Virus record (IMG/VR): IMGVR_UViG_3300045988_158927
Span: 1-64,000 of that record
From: a virus
Strand: one strand, 5' to 3'
Length of the DNA: 64,000 nt
Shown: in pieces, positions 36,302 to 44,190 of the stretch
Numbering within the stretch: position 1 is the stretch's first letter
Layout of the letters: each line of letters starts with the position of its first letter
Made by a program: the position numbers and the translations under genes
Notes under the pieces: generated by a model
The model's input: only the letters and a program-made list of their open reading frames with translations
Told to the model about the DNA's origin: nothing
Databases searched by the model: none

Positions 36302-36627
36302 TGAACCTGAATCGTTACGGGTATGTGTGGCGATTCGAGAACGAAAGCGGCGTTGTGCTGGAGCTGCCGCTTTCGGAATGCGATGAAGTGCGCCGGAACC
36401 TTCGGAAATTCGGCGCGCAATGCACGGCTTTCTATCTCTGGAAGAGAATGGGTGAGCCTGTGCCGCGTGAAATTCCGGACTGCGAGAACTGTAAATCATA
36501 TTGGATTCAGGGGCTTACGTTCAAGCCGAATACGTGCGCCACTGACGATATTTTGTGTGATATCGTTAACGCAATTGATTCGGCTTCCTTTGGCACGGAG
36601 TTTGCAAAGCATGATCAGCGAATTTGA
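36301..36627 (+). CDS. hypothetical Cys-containing protein
   Basis: TGATG coupling, 108 aa. Confidence 0.5.
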   Translation: MNLNRYGYVWRFENESGVVLELPLSECDEVRRNLRKFGAQCTAFYLWKRMGEPVPREIPDCENCKSYWIQGLTFKPNTCATDDILCDIVNAIDSASFGTEFAKHDQRI

Positions 36628-36787
36628 CATTATGTACATTGCCGCAAAGCAAGGTAATTACCCGTTAGTGGACATCGAAGCAGCGCGCTATGCCGAGCGA
36701 AGGAAGCGATGCGAGCTGAAAAAATGCCTTATCGGGATGACACTTTGGCTTGTCGCTCTCTTCGCTCTGTGTTTGGCATGTAATTAA
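36611..36787 (+). CDS. small C-terminally anchored membrane protein (holin/antiholin candidate)
   Basis: 58 aa ending KKCLIGMTLWLVALFALCLACN. It lies upstream of the spanin genes. Confidence 0.4.
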   Translation: MISEFDIMYIAAKQGNYPLVDIEAARYAERRKRCELKKCLIGMTLWLVALFALCLACN

Positions 36788-36846
36788 ATTCATTCCACTG
36801 TTACACTTTTATATTGCGTCATGGTGGCGCATGTTGAGGTGTGGCG

Positions 36847-37257
36847 ATGGAAAATGAAGTGATGGCGGCTGCAAGTTCGATTATGGAAGAGGTGAGCGCG
36901 TTGCCATCAGGCATGAAACTCACCGGCGTGAGCGCGCTTGTGGTAGTGGCGTTCTATATCGGCAAGATGTTTCGTGCAAGCGCGAACGCTTTTACCGAAA
37001 ACGCCGAGGCTTACCGTGAAACGATTCACAATCTGCGCGAGGATAACCGCCTGATTCGTGAATCCAATCGTGGCGAGCGTGAGGAATCCAAGGCTGAACT
37101 GGCAGGCATGAAAGACATGATTACGAAACTCTCGGATCAGATTTCCAGTCTGCAAGATGAAAACCGGGAACTTCGGCGCCAAGTCAAGGACTTGGCTAAA
37201 GAAAATGCCGGTTTGCATGATCAGATTCGGATTCTGAGCGACAAACTCGGGGCTTGA
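36847..37257 (+). CDS. single-pass membrane protein with coiled-coil (lysis-cassette member, holin-like or regulator)
   Basis: RBS GAGG then ATG at 36847. TM segment VSALVVVAFYIGKMF, then heptad-rich LQDENRELRRQVKDLAKENAGL. Confidence 0.45.
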   Translation: MENEVMAAASSIMEEVSALPSGMKLTGVSALVVVAFYIGKMFRASANAFTENAEAYRETIHNLREDNRLIRESNRGEREESKAELAGMKDMITKLSDQISSLQDENRELRRQVKDLAKENAGLHDQIRILSDKLGA

Positions 37258-37259
37258 TC

Positions 37260-37664
37260 ATGTGGCAGCTACTGATGAATCGTTACCTGTCCGGCTTTGC
37301 GCTTGTCGTTGCGGCAGTCTCTTCGGCGTATCTTTTCGGGGTCTATCGTGGCGCCGAAAGTGCGCGCTTGGATTGCGAGCGGCGAGAACAAAAACGGCTG
37401 ATCGATGAATCGGCGGCTGCCCATGACCGGGCCATGGAAGAAGCAGCGCGTGTCATGGCGCTGCAAGCCAAAATCACGGAACAAGAACGTAACTATGTCA
37501 CTGAATCGGCGCGTATTCGGAAAGAGGCGGCAGCGGCACGCGAAACTCTACGTCAGTACGTGGAAACTCGTGGCTTTGATGGCCGCTGTTCTCTTGATGC
37601 TGATGGGCTGCGCATCTGGAATGGTCAAGGAAGCCCCGAAACCGCCAAAGCCCCAAATCAGTGA
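37260..37664 (+). CDS. i-spanin (Rz-like)
   Basis: N-terminal TM GFALVVAAVSSAYLFGV, a coiled-coil periplasmic domain, and C-terminal CSLDADGLRIWN. The o-spanin gene is overlapped in the +1 frame. Confidence 0.75.
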   Translation: MWQLLMNRYLSGFALVVAAVSSAYLFGVYRGAESARLDCERREQKRLIDESAAAHDRAMEEAARVMALQAKITEQERNYVTESARIRKEAAAARETLRQYVETRGFDGRCSLDADGLRIWNGQGSPETAKAPNQ

Positions 37665-37818
37665 AGCCCTTTTGCAGGATTGCCCGGAGCCGATTGCCCT
37701 TGAGCGCGGCGACATGGATGCAATGATTGGGAACCATATCGACAATATGGCAGCGTTTTCAGAGTGCCGTAGATTGCACCGATCATTGACCGATGCCGTG
37801 CGTCTGATGTTAGAATAG
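37579..37818 (+). CDS. o-spanin (Rz1-like lipoprotein), overlapped architecture
   Basis: MAAVLLMLMGC lipobox, then Pro-rich KEAPKPPKPQ...CPEP. It starts inside the i-spanin gene and extends 154 nt beyond it. Confidence 0.7.
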   Translation: MAAVLLMLMGCASGMVKEAPKPPKPQISEALLQDCPEPIALERGDMDAMIGNHIDNMAAFSECRRLHRSLTDAVRLMLE

Positions 37819-37864
37819 TTCCGCTATCTCATGATAGTTTCCTTTCTGTCTCTCCTGAGACTTA

Positions 37865-37893
37865 GGAGGGGTAACTCAACCCCTCCCTTTTTT
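37865..37893 (+). terminator. rho-independent terminator
   Basis: GGAGGGG-taactcaa-CCCCTCC followed by TTTTTT. Confidence 0.8.
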
Positions 37894-37906
37894 CCAACCA
37901 AACCAA

Positions 37907-38200
37907 ATGATCATCGCCTACAGAACGTTCAGAATCGCAAACTTGGACGTATTCCCTTCGCAAAGCGCGGCCATCGTCTCGTATGCAAAGCGCGTCACCC
38001 CGCATCTTGCCGGGGCGCGTATCTGGCACCGACAGACGACGAAATTCGGGACGGCCTCGCTCTACCAGAAAGCGGACGGGGAATGGCTTTGCATCATCTT
38101 CGATCATGCTGCCGATGAAGAAATGGCTTCCGTTCACCGGCAATATGTAAACGCGGCTAAAATGCACCGGAACAACCTGATGAGCATATGCGCCCGTTGA
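37907..38200 (+). CDS. hypothetical protein
   Basis: 97-aa ORF after the terminator. The alternative ORF 37831-38118 crosses the terminator. Confidence 0.45.
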   Translation: MIIAYRTFRIANLDVFPSQSAAIVSYAKRVTPHLAGARIWHRQTTKFGTASLYQKADGEWLCIIFDHAADEEMASVHRQYVNAAKMHRNNLMSICAR

Positions 38201-38235
38201 TTTCTTTCATCCGTAAAACTCTCTTTGGAGATCAA

Positions 38236-39069
38236 ATGAAACCCACCGTCATCGTTCAAAACCCCACGTTCGGGCTTGTGGCGCACGGCTACAAGACTGC
38301 TGGCTATGATGTTCTCGGCTACCTGCCGGGCAAGCATACGCACGTCACGGCCGTGAAGGCTAACTGCAACCTGAAGGACGTTTCCGGCGAGAAGGCGCGT
38401 CCCAACCTTGTGCATATCACGATTGATTGGAGCAGCCCGACCGTTGAGGAACTGGCCGCCGAGATTGACCGTGCGCTGTCGTTCAAGCCGAAACTGATCG
38501 TCATTGACGCCCGTTACGATCTCGTTCTGCCGTACCTGAAAGGGATGTTTGTTGCCAAAGCGGCGCTTAACGAGCGCGATAAGGTCGGCGTGAACGCTTC
38601 CCGTCATCGCGTGCTGACCTTCATTGGCAAGCGCCTGAATGACGTGCAGCAAGCCACCAAGAACGTGCAGCAGCGCACACGCGCCAGCCTTGAAACGGTC
38701 AAGGACGTGATGCAGCCGGGGTACCGCTGGAAGAACATTGCGTCCATGAAGAGCGCACGCAACCGCAAGCACGTTGCTGAGGCTGCAAACCGCCTCGGAG
38801 CTGGCGTCGTGTCCATGAATGGGCGCCTCACCAAAGCGCGTGGGGCTAATGCAGTCTATCCGGAACTGTCGCCTAACCGTTCTCACCTGTTCTTTGACGG
38901 CATCAAGTACCGTATCGTTGAGATCGAGGACTACCGGAACGCGCTGGACGTGCCCGAATGGTTCGCCCTCGGATCATTCAAGAAGGATTCGATGCGCGGC
39001 CTTGCGCGTGGCACCGATCATAAGCTTGCAAAGCATATCGGCTTCAAGATCAAGGGCCTTGTTAAGTGA
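38236..39069 (+). CDS. degenerate DNA C5-methyltransferase-like protein (catalytic motifs lost)
   Basis: RBS GGAG. Layout resembles Dcm: motif I-like NPTFGLVAHGYKTAGYDVL, PC position reads IDWSSP, ENV position reads PKLIVIDARYDL, motif IX/X-like RIVEIEDYRNALDVPEWF ... ARGTDHKLAKHIG. Confidence 0.45.
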   Translation: MKPTVIVQNPTFGLVAHGYKTAGYDVLGYLPGKHTHVTAVKANCNLKDVSGEKARPNLVHITIDWSSPTVEELAAEIDRALSFKPKLIVIDARYDLVLPYLKGMFVAKAALNERDKVGVNASRHRVLTFIGKRLNDVQQATKNVQQRTRASLETVKDVMQPGYRWKNIASMKSARNRKHVAEAANRLGAGVVSMNGRLTKARGANAVYPELSPNRSHLFFDGIKYRIVEIEDYRNALDVPEWFALGSFKKDSMRGLARGTDHKLAKHIGFKIKGLVK

Positions 39070-39290
39070 GGTTCCGCTACATTTCCCCGGGATTGATTCG
39101 CGTCACTCTCGGGGAACATTCGGCCAATCTCGTCCACGATGAGGAAATAGCCAAGCTGTCCGGCAGGGAAGAGAGCGTAAAGGCCGTGCGCGCCCATTTG
39201 GTTGTCACGTGCCCGAACATTGTCGATTCCCTGCTAATCATTCTCGATGCAATGAGCGAGGATAACCCTGTCATGGAGTTTTCAGCGTGA
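39066..39290 (+). CDS. hypothetical protein
   Basis: GTG start overlapping the previous stop (GTGA), 74 aa. Confidence 0.45.
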   Translation: MRFRYISPGLIRVTLGEHSANLVHDEEIAKLSGREESVKAVRAHLVVTCPNIVDSLLIILDAMSEDNPVMEFSA

Positions 39291-39721
39291 TTAACGCTAA
39301 TCTGCAATCGTTCAAGGATTTGGTCCAGAAATGCGCATCTAAGGAAGATTCGCAAGCCTGCGACATGTTCCGTTCTGCCGTCGGCGTGGATTGCGCCGAC
39401 GATGAGATCGGCCCGGCGCTCAAGGCCGACGATATCGGCTTTGTCGTGGACGCGGTGGCCGAGCATCAGCCCATCGTGGAAGGTGAGAACATCCATACGC
39501 CGAAAGGGACCGTCCGTGTGGATGAGTTTTTGGCTATCCTTGACGCTCTGATGCTGAGTGAGGCCGATGCCGAGGAAAAGGCCGTCATTGAGACCGGCCT
39601 GACGTTCTCGCCGGAGGACTGGGAGGCTATGCGCGTGGCCGTCTGGCGGCATCTTGGCCCGGTTGCAACCGCTGCCGCTGAAGCATTGTGGCGCGCTGAC
39701 GAAGCGTGGAGTGAAGAGTGA
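39287..39721 (+). CDS. hypothetical acidic protein
   Basis: GTGA-coupled start, 144 aa, followed by a terminator. Confidence 0.5.
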   Translation: MINANLQSFKDLVQKCASKEDSQACDMFRSAVGVDCADDEIGPALKADDIGFVVDAVAEHQPIVEGENIHTPKGTVRVDEFLAILDALMLSEADAEEKAVIETGLTFSPEDWEAMRVAVWRHLGPVATAAAEALWRADEAWSEE

Positions 39722-39733
39722 CGTAAAAAACAC

Positions 39734-39761
39734 AAGGGGGTTGCAAGCCCCCTTCTTTTTT
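39734..39761 (+). terminator. rho-independent terminator
   Basis: AAGGGGG-ttgcaag-CCCCCTT followed by CTTTTTT. Confidence 0.8.
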
Positions 39762-39812
39762 GGCATACTGTCTTCCATCGCAACACGGCATCCGCCGACA
39801 CTTCCCACGATC

Positions 39813-39968
39813 ATGAAACAAGCTACCTTCTTCCAAGGTTCACAAGAACCCATCGCCAAGAAAAACAAGGATTTGCGCGAGTATCTGCGCGTCAATCGTG
39901 AGCGCCATAAGCGCAAGCTTGAGCGCGCTTTCATGAAAGCCACGCTTGCCGAATATGCGTCGGCGTAA
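39813..39968 (+). CDS. small basic protein (51 aa)
   Basis: MKQATFFQGSQEPIAKKNKDLREYLRVNRERHKRKLERAF... No RBS, so weakly supported. Confidence 0.35.
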   Translation: MKQATFFQGSQEPIAKKNKDLREYLRVNRERHKRKLERAFMKATLAEYASA

Positions 39969-40058
39969 GTCTTGGTTCCGCATCTTCCTTGTGGCCCGCA
40001 TCACTCTCTTCCGTAGCGGGCCACTGAAAACCTTCCTTTCCCTCGTATGGAGGCTCAA

Positions 40059-40247
40059 ATGAGCAGCGAGAAAGTAACCCACGAAATCAAAGAATACGCG
40101 GATATCTGCCGGGGTATTGTGGTCAGCATTTATAACCGCAATATCGCTACCGGAGATTACGATGAAAAAAAGGCGCAAAACATGGAGCATGCACTTTCGC
40201 AATATTGGCTTTCTCTTGAGATCATGAAGCTTGAAAAAGAACTATGA
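40059..40247 (+). CDS. hypothetical protein
   Basis: RBS GGAGG 6 nt before the ATG at 40059. Confidence 0.5.
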   Translation: MSSEKVTHEIKEYADICRGIVVSIYNRNIATGDYDEKKAQNMEHALSQYWLSLEIMKLEKEL

Positions 40248-40603
40248 TGTACGTTGAGTTTTTGACACAAGAAACGGCAAAGAAAATCCGCGAGATGACA
40301 GTTTCTTTTGACGCCTACACTCTTCTGCATCCGATGAGATATGGCGACTATTGTGCCGTCTATCGTTCCTATTTGCGCGAAGTGCTGGCGCTGATTCGGA
40401 AGAACATCAAGGCATACGTTAACGGCGAAGCTGTCGAAACCTTTTATGCACAAATCATCGTCGATTCTGAAACCGTTTCAAAAATGCAAGACCGTGCCGA
40501 ATACTTCATCAGGGTGAAGCTATTCAAGCCTGTCGAGTATCTGGGCGAGATCGCTGCCGCTTTGGCGCATGAACTGGGCGAGAAACAAGAGGAAACCAAA
40601 TGA
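40244..40603 (+). CDS. hypothetical protein
   Basis: ATGA coupling, 119 aa. Confidence 0.5.
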   Translation: MMYVEFLTQETAKKIREMTVSFDAYTLLHPMRYGDYCAVYRSYLREVLALIRKNIKAYVNGEAVETFYAQIIVDSETVSKMQDRAEYFIRVKLFKPVEYLGEIAAALAHELGEKQEETK

Positions 40604-40818
40604 GATACGAAAACATCAGCAACCCGCAACAAAAGATGCTTGCCGCGCTTGGCGACATTGCTGCACGCAAGAAGCAAATCCGCGATGCAGTGGCCATCAT
40701 TGACAACCTTGTGCAGCACGAATGGCATGTTGAGGGCGCGGAGCTGCTGAAACTCTTCTCGGCCTCGGCCGCCCTTGTGACCATCGTTGAGATTCTGGAC
40801 GAGGCATTGCCGGAGTGA
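40600..40818 (+). CDS. small helical protein, distant member of tandem family
   Basis: ATGA coupling, 72 aa, with the same two-helix-block layout as the following genes. Confidence 0.5.
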   Translation: MRYENISNPQQKMLAALGDIAARKKQIRDAVAIIDNLVQHEWHVEGAELLKLFSASAALVTIVEILDEALPE

Positions 40819-40822
40819 CGGA

Positions 40823-41062
40823 ATGAAGATCGAAGAGTACGAAGCCGTCATGAATGGCATTTTTGTCCATGATACGGATGCAGCAAAAGAGATTGTCCAG
40901 TTTGCAAGCAATGTGCTAGAGGCGCTTCTCGATAATGACGAAGCGGAAGCGTATCGAATCGACGTTACAAGAGCAGCAAATATGCTTTACATGCTGAATT
41001 CAGAGATAAAGAACGGTCATCTTGACCTTGTTAAGGCGGCCGACGGAGTGAAACCGGAGTAA
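40823..41062 (+). CDS. small helical protein, tandem family member
   Basis: RBS GGAG. MKIEEYEAVMNGIFVHDTDAAKEIVQFASNVLEALL...AANMLYMLNSEIKNG. Confidence 0.6.
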   Translation: MKIEEYEAVMNGIFVHDTDAAKEIVQFASNVLEALLDNDEAEAYRIDVTRAANMLYMLNSEIKNGHLDLVKAADGVKPE

Positions 41063-41067
41063 GCGAC

Positions 41068-41292
41068 ATGAAAGACAACGAATACGATGCTCTTTGCGAT
41101 GGAATCGTGAGGGGAAGGTGTGACGCCGCAAACAAAGTGCTTCAGTTTGTGGAGGACTTGCTGACTGTCATTCTCTAAGATGGATCGGCCGGTAAGCACG
41201 AAGTCAACGTGGATCAAGCGGCAAACTTGCTCTTTCTCTTGAATCAAGAAATCAAGATCGAGAGTCTCTGGTTTGAATCGGCAGCAGACTGA
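41068..41292 (+). pseudogene. tandem family member interrupted by an in-frame TAA (41176-41178)
   Basis: MKDNEYDALCDGIVRGRCDAANKVLQFVEDLLTVIL * DGSAGKHEVNVDQAANLLFLLNQEIKIESL... Both halves align with the 40823 paralogue across the stop. Confidence 0.6.
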
Positions 41293-41323
41293 ATTAAATC
41301 GGCGTAAGAGAAGAGAGGAAAGC

Positions 41324-41755
41324 ATGGGCATCAATTTTGAATCGATCAAGATCGAAACCGATTTTACGAAGGAACTGCAAGAGCTTGAGAAGGTATATGC
41401 CGAAAAAGAGACAATTGAGCTTGCCAAAAAGAAAGCGGCTTGCTTTGACGCTTTGATTGTCTATCTGGACGATTTGCGGCGCATCCGAGAGCAATACACG
41501 GCATTCCGCATGTATTACTTCGATGATTACCCGGAAGGCGATGATGAGCCGCGAGTGAACAAGGATGAAATCATCTTGGATTCCATGATCAGGATCATGG
41601 ACGCATCTAAGAGCGCGTTGCATAACCAAATTCTGGGGCGCGGGTATCGCAAGAATAACCCCAAATTTGAAGAGGAAATGAAGCGCATTCATAAAGCGAT
41701 TGAAGCTAGATTTGGAGGTGAAAATTTTCGGCCTCAAAAAGATGAGCGATTTTGA
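41324..41755 (+). CDS. hypothetical coiled-coil protein
   Basis: RBS AGAGGAAAGC then ATG at 41324. The segment KKKAACFDALIVYLDDL resembles RKAAAFDEIAGEIVGL in the 42459 product. Confidence 0.55.
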   Translation: MGINFESIKIETDFTKELQELEKVYAEKETIELAKKKAACFDALIVYLDDLRRIREQYTAFRMYYFDDYPEGDDEPRVNKDEIILDSMIRIMDASKSALHNQILGRGYRKNNPKFEEEMKRIHKAIEARFGGENFRPQKDERF

Positions 41756-41990
41756 CGCGGTTTTGGCCGGCGTGAAGAACGGAGACCGTGATTCAATGCA
41801 GAAGGCCATCGCTCACGTCATTGATATTTTGGCGGAATTTCTGCCGAAAGATCGGGACTTTCTGATAGAAGGAGAAGGAGCGGTTTTCGAGACGGTTTAC
41901 CTCATGGCTGAGCTGAAAGAATTGCTCAAAGGAAACCGGATTCAAATCGTTTCCGAAGGTGGCGCGGGGAAGGATAATGAACCAAAGTGA
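41742..41990 (+). CDS. small helical protein, tandem family member
   Basis: MSDFDAVLAGVKNGDRDSMQKAIAHVIDILAEFL...VYLMAELKELLKGNRIQIV. Confidence 0.55.
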   Translation: MSDFDAVLAGVKNGDRDSMQKAIAHVIDILAEFLPKDRDFLIEGEGAVFETVYLMAELKELLKGNRIQIVSEGGAGKDNEPK

Positions 41991-42201
41991 ATTTGAGGCG
42001 CTCTTCGACGGAATGTTGTCCGGTGACACTGAGTGCATCAAAGAGATCATACAGAACGGCGCGAACATGTTGCTCGCACTCACTCAATGCATGTCCCCTG
42101 ATCTTGTCCGCCAAGAACAACGAGACGTTGCGAGTCTGATGCTTGAGCTTTCGTCTTTGATCGAGATGGGCGGACTTCAAATCGTCGATGGCGAGAAATA
42201 A
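41977..42201 (+). CDS. small helical protein, tandem family member
   Basis: RBS GGGGAAGGA. MNQSEFEALFDGMLSGDTECIKEIIQNGANMLLAL...ASLMLELSSLIEMGGLQIV. Confidence 0.6.
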   Translation: MNQSEFEALFDGMLSGDTECIKEIIQNGANMLLALTQCMSPDLVRQEQRDVASLMLELSSLIEMGGLQIVDGEK

Positions 42202-42203
42202 TC

Positions 42204-42455
42204 ATGGATGAATACGAAAGAATTGCAAGAAAAATCGATGCTTGGGACGAAAGCGCGGTTAAGGAAACTCTTCAGTTTGTGTATAAGACTTTGCAAAGCG
42301 TTCAAACCGAGATGCTCGATCTAGGCAAGTATAGTGATGATGTAGAAACAGCGAGCTGTCTTTCAATGATCTTGCTTGATGCTTTGGATTTTGGAAGTAT
42401 CTTGGTCTCTTCCAAGCGCAAGCAACCCAAAAGCAAGAATCTCAAAACGGAGTGA
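42204..42455 (+). CDS. small helical protein, tandem family member
   Basis: MDEYERIARKIDAWDESAVKETLQFVYKTLQSV... Confidence 0.55.
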   Translation: MDEYERIARKIDAWDESAVKETLQFVYKTLQSVQTEMLDLGKYSDDVETASCLSMILLDALDFGSILVSSKRKQPKSKNLKTE

Positions 42456-42458
42456 ACA

Positions 42459-43073
42459 ATGAAAATTGAAGAATACACTGCGCTTACAGAATCCATCGAT
42501 AAAGGTGAGGTAAGGGCGGTCTATAACGCGCTCAAATTCTCTGCCGGTGTCTTGGAAAACATTGGCAAGCAATTGCCGCCAGATGTCCGCCGAGAAGAGG
42601 TAGAGCAGGCTCTTTACCTTACATGGAGATTGTGTGACGTGGTTATGTTCCATACCATGCCTGCGAGCTACTGGCGCGGTCCGGAAAAGCAGGAACAACG
42701 TCCGCCAGTAGCAGACGATGACGATTTCATCACGCGGTCGAGTTATGAAGATCACTGGCAGAACAAGGGCCGGCAATTCTTTGAGGATTTAGCAAAGAAC
42801 ATCCGCGAACGTGAAGCCGGCGACAAAGTGAAGGGGGTAGAAGAAGACACCCAGAAGGCCAAGCAAGAGCGAGCCATTCTTGAGCGGAAGGCGGCCGCGT
42901 TCGATGAGATCGCCGGGGAAATTGTCGGCCTTTACCGTGCAGTTAATACGGTACGTGCATGCGTGGATGGCGACTGCGACCAGTATAAAGTTCATCTTGC
43001 GATGATTGACGCTATGTTTTCGCTTGGCGTCGTTGCGCAAATCATCGTAAAAACCAAAGAGGACGCGGCATGA
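42459..43073 (+). CDS. tandem family N-terminal module fused to a ~140-aa extension
   Basis: RBS GGAG. MKIEEYTALTESIDKGEVRAVYNALKFSAGVLENI..., then a coiled-coil extension. Confidence 0.6.
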   Translation: MKIEEYTALTESIDKGEVRAVYNALKFSAGVLENIGKQLPPDVRREEVEQALYLTWRLCDVVMFHTMPASYWRGPEKQEQRPPVADDDDFITRSSYEDHWQNKGRQFFEDLAKNIREREAGDKVKGVEEDTQKAKQERAILERKAAAFDEIAGEIVGLYRAVNTVRACVDGDCDQYKVHLAMIDAMFSLGVVAQIIVKTKEDAA

Positions 43074-43312
43074 TGGTAAAGATTCCTTACGACACTGAAG
43101 AATTGGCTTATGGAATTGCCACCGACGACAAGAATTCCATGAAAGTAGCAATAAACATTGTTACTAGTGTGTTATTCCATGCCTCGAATAACAGTAGCTT
43201 GAGCGAAGAGGACAAAGATTCAATCAAAAAGGCATTCCGGATTGCTTCTGTGTTTCAGTGGTGGATAGATAACGAAATGGTTCAGGTTCAAATGAAATGG
43301 GAGGATCAATAA
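43070..43312 (+). CDS. small helical protein, tandem family member
   Basis: ATGATG coupling. ...EELAYGIATDDKNSMKVAINIVTSVL... Confidence 0.5.
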   Translation: MMVKIPYDTEELAYGIATDDKNSMKVAINIVTSVLFHASNNSSLSEEDKDSIKKAFRIASVFQWWIDNEMVQVQMKWEDQ

Positions 43313-43467
43313 TGCTCAACAAAGACGAACTTGAAAAGCTCTACTCGCAACTGATCGAGGTCCGGCGTCATGGCGACATTGCGAAACTGAATGCAGCCAT
43401 TCAGCTAGTGGCCATGGCCCTTGGCGAATCAATTTCTACGAGCGACGAATGGGCGAGCGAGAGTTAA
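43312..43467 (+). CDS. 51-aa N-terminal-half-only family member (below the track cutoff)
   Basis: TAATG coupling. MLNKDELEKLYSQLIEVRRHGDIAKLNAAIQLVAMALGES... It ends 19 nt inside the next ORF. Confidence 0.45.
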   Translation: MLNKDELEKLYSQLIEVRRHGDIAKLNAAIQLVAMALGESISTSDEWASES

Positions 43468-43760
43468 TCACGCAGCACGCTATCTACGTCATCGCCCGGG
43501 CCGTGAACATCATGCAATCACGGCCACGCGATGAATGGAAAAGCGCCATGGCGGCAGATATCAGCGATAACGAAGGGCTGCCGTTCCAGCCCGTCACGTT
43601 CACGGAAGGGATGGCCGATGCGATGATCTCTTGGCTTCGGTCAGCCGACACCAAATGGTTTGACCTTCTTTCTGAAACAACAAAATTCCTGAAGCAATCC
43701 TATGCAAACACGTCCCCATCAGTATCTGGAAGCAACCCCGGAGATTCTGGCGGCGCTTGA
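43449..43760 (+). CDS. hypothetical protein
   Basis: 103-aa ORF overlapping the previous small ORF by 19 nt in another frame. Confidence 0.45.
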   Translation: MGERELITQHAIYVIARAVNIMQSRPRDEWKSAMAADISDNEGLPFQPVTFTEGMADAMISWLRSADTKWFDLLSETTKFLKQSYANTSPSVSGSNPGDSGGA

Positions 43761-44190
43761 TGAATCAGCCCGCGTCTATCGTGGCGTCCCCCCGGCATTC
43801 GCCCTTTGGATTGAGCGCCTCGACGATGACGCGATGATGGATGCCGTCGATTGCGTCTATGTCACGCGGGCATGTGCGCGTGAGCTGGCCGTCGATCCGC
43901 TGAACGTCGCGTCCGTCATGAATCAATCAGACCGCTACGGCGCGCTGGATCAGTGGATCAACCGGCAGGGGATGGCGCTAGTGGCCATGGCTGCGCTGGC
44001 AGACGGGCATGAGTACGCGCTACGATGGGTCCATCCGGACGATGTGGCTGGGGTGAAACGCCAGATTGACAAACTCAAGGGCAACCCGTACCATACATAC
44101 ACTTTCCAAGACGCCATAGAGGCAACATCCCACCATGAAACGTATTCTTCCCCTGATCCTGATCCTGCCCGCGCTGGCCTCGGCCGGTGA
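43702..44190 (+). CDS. hypothetical protein
   Basis: 162-aa ORF. It overlaps both neighbours by more than 50 nt, so the start is uncertain. Confidence 0.4.
   Translation: MQTRPHQYLEATPEILAALDESARVYRGVPPAFALWIERLDDDAMMDAVDCVYVTRACARELAVDPLNVASVMNQSDRYGALDQWINRQGMALVAMAALADGHEYALRWVHPDDVAGVKRQIDKLKGNPYHTYTFQDAIEATSHHETYSSPDPDPARAGLGR

Noticed and set aside
37831-38118. 95-aa plus-strand ORF.
   Set aside because: It reads straight through the strong terminator hairpin at 37865-37893. The overlapping ORF starting at 37907 is preferred.
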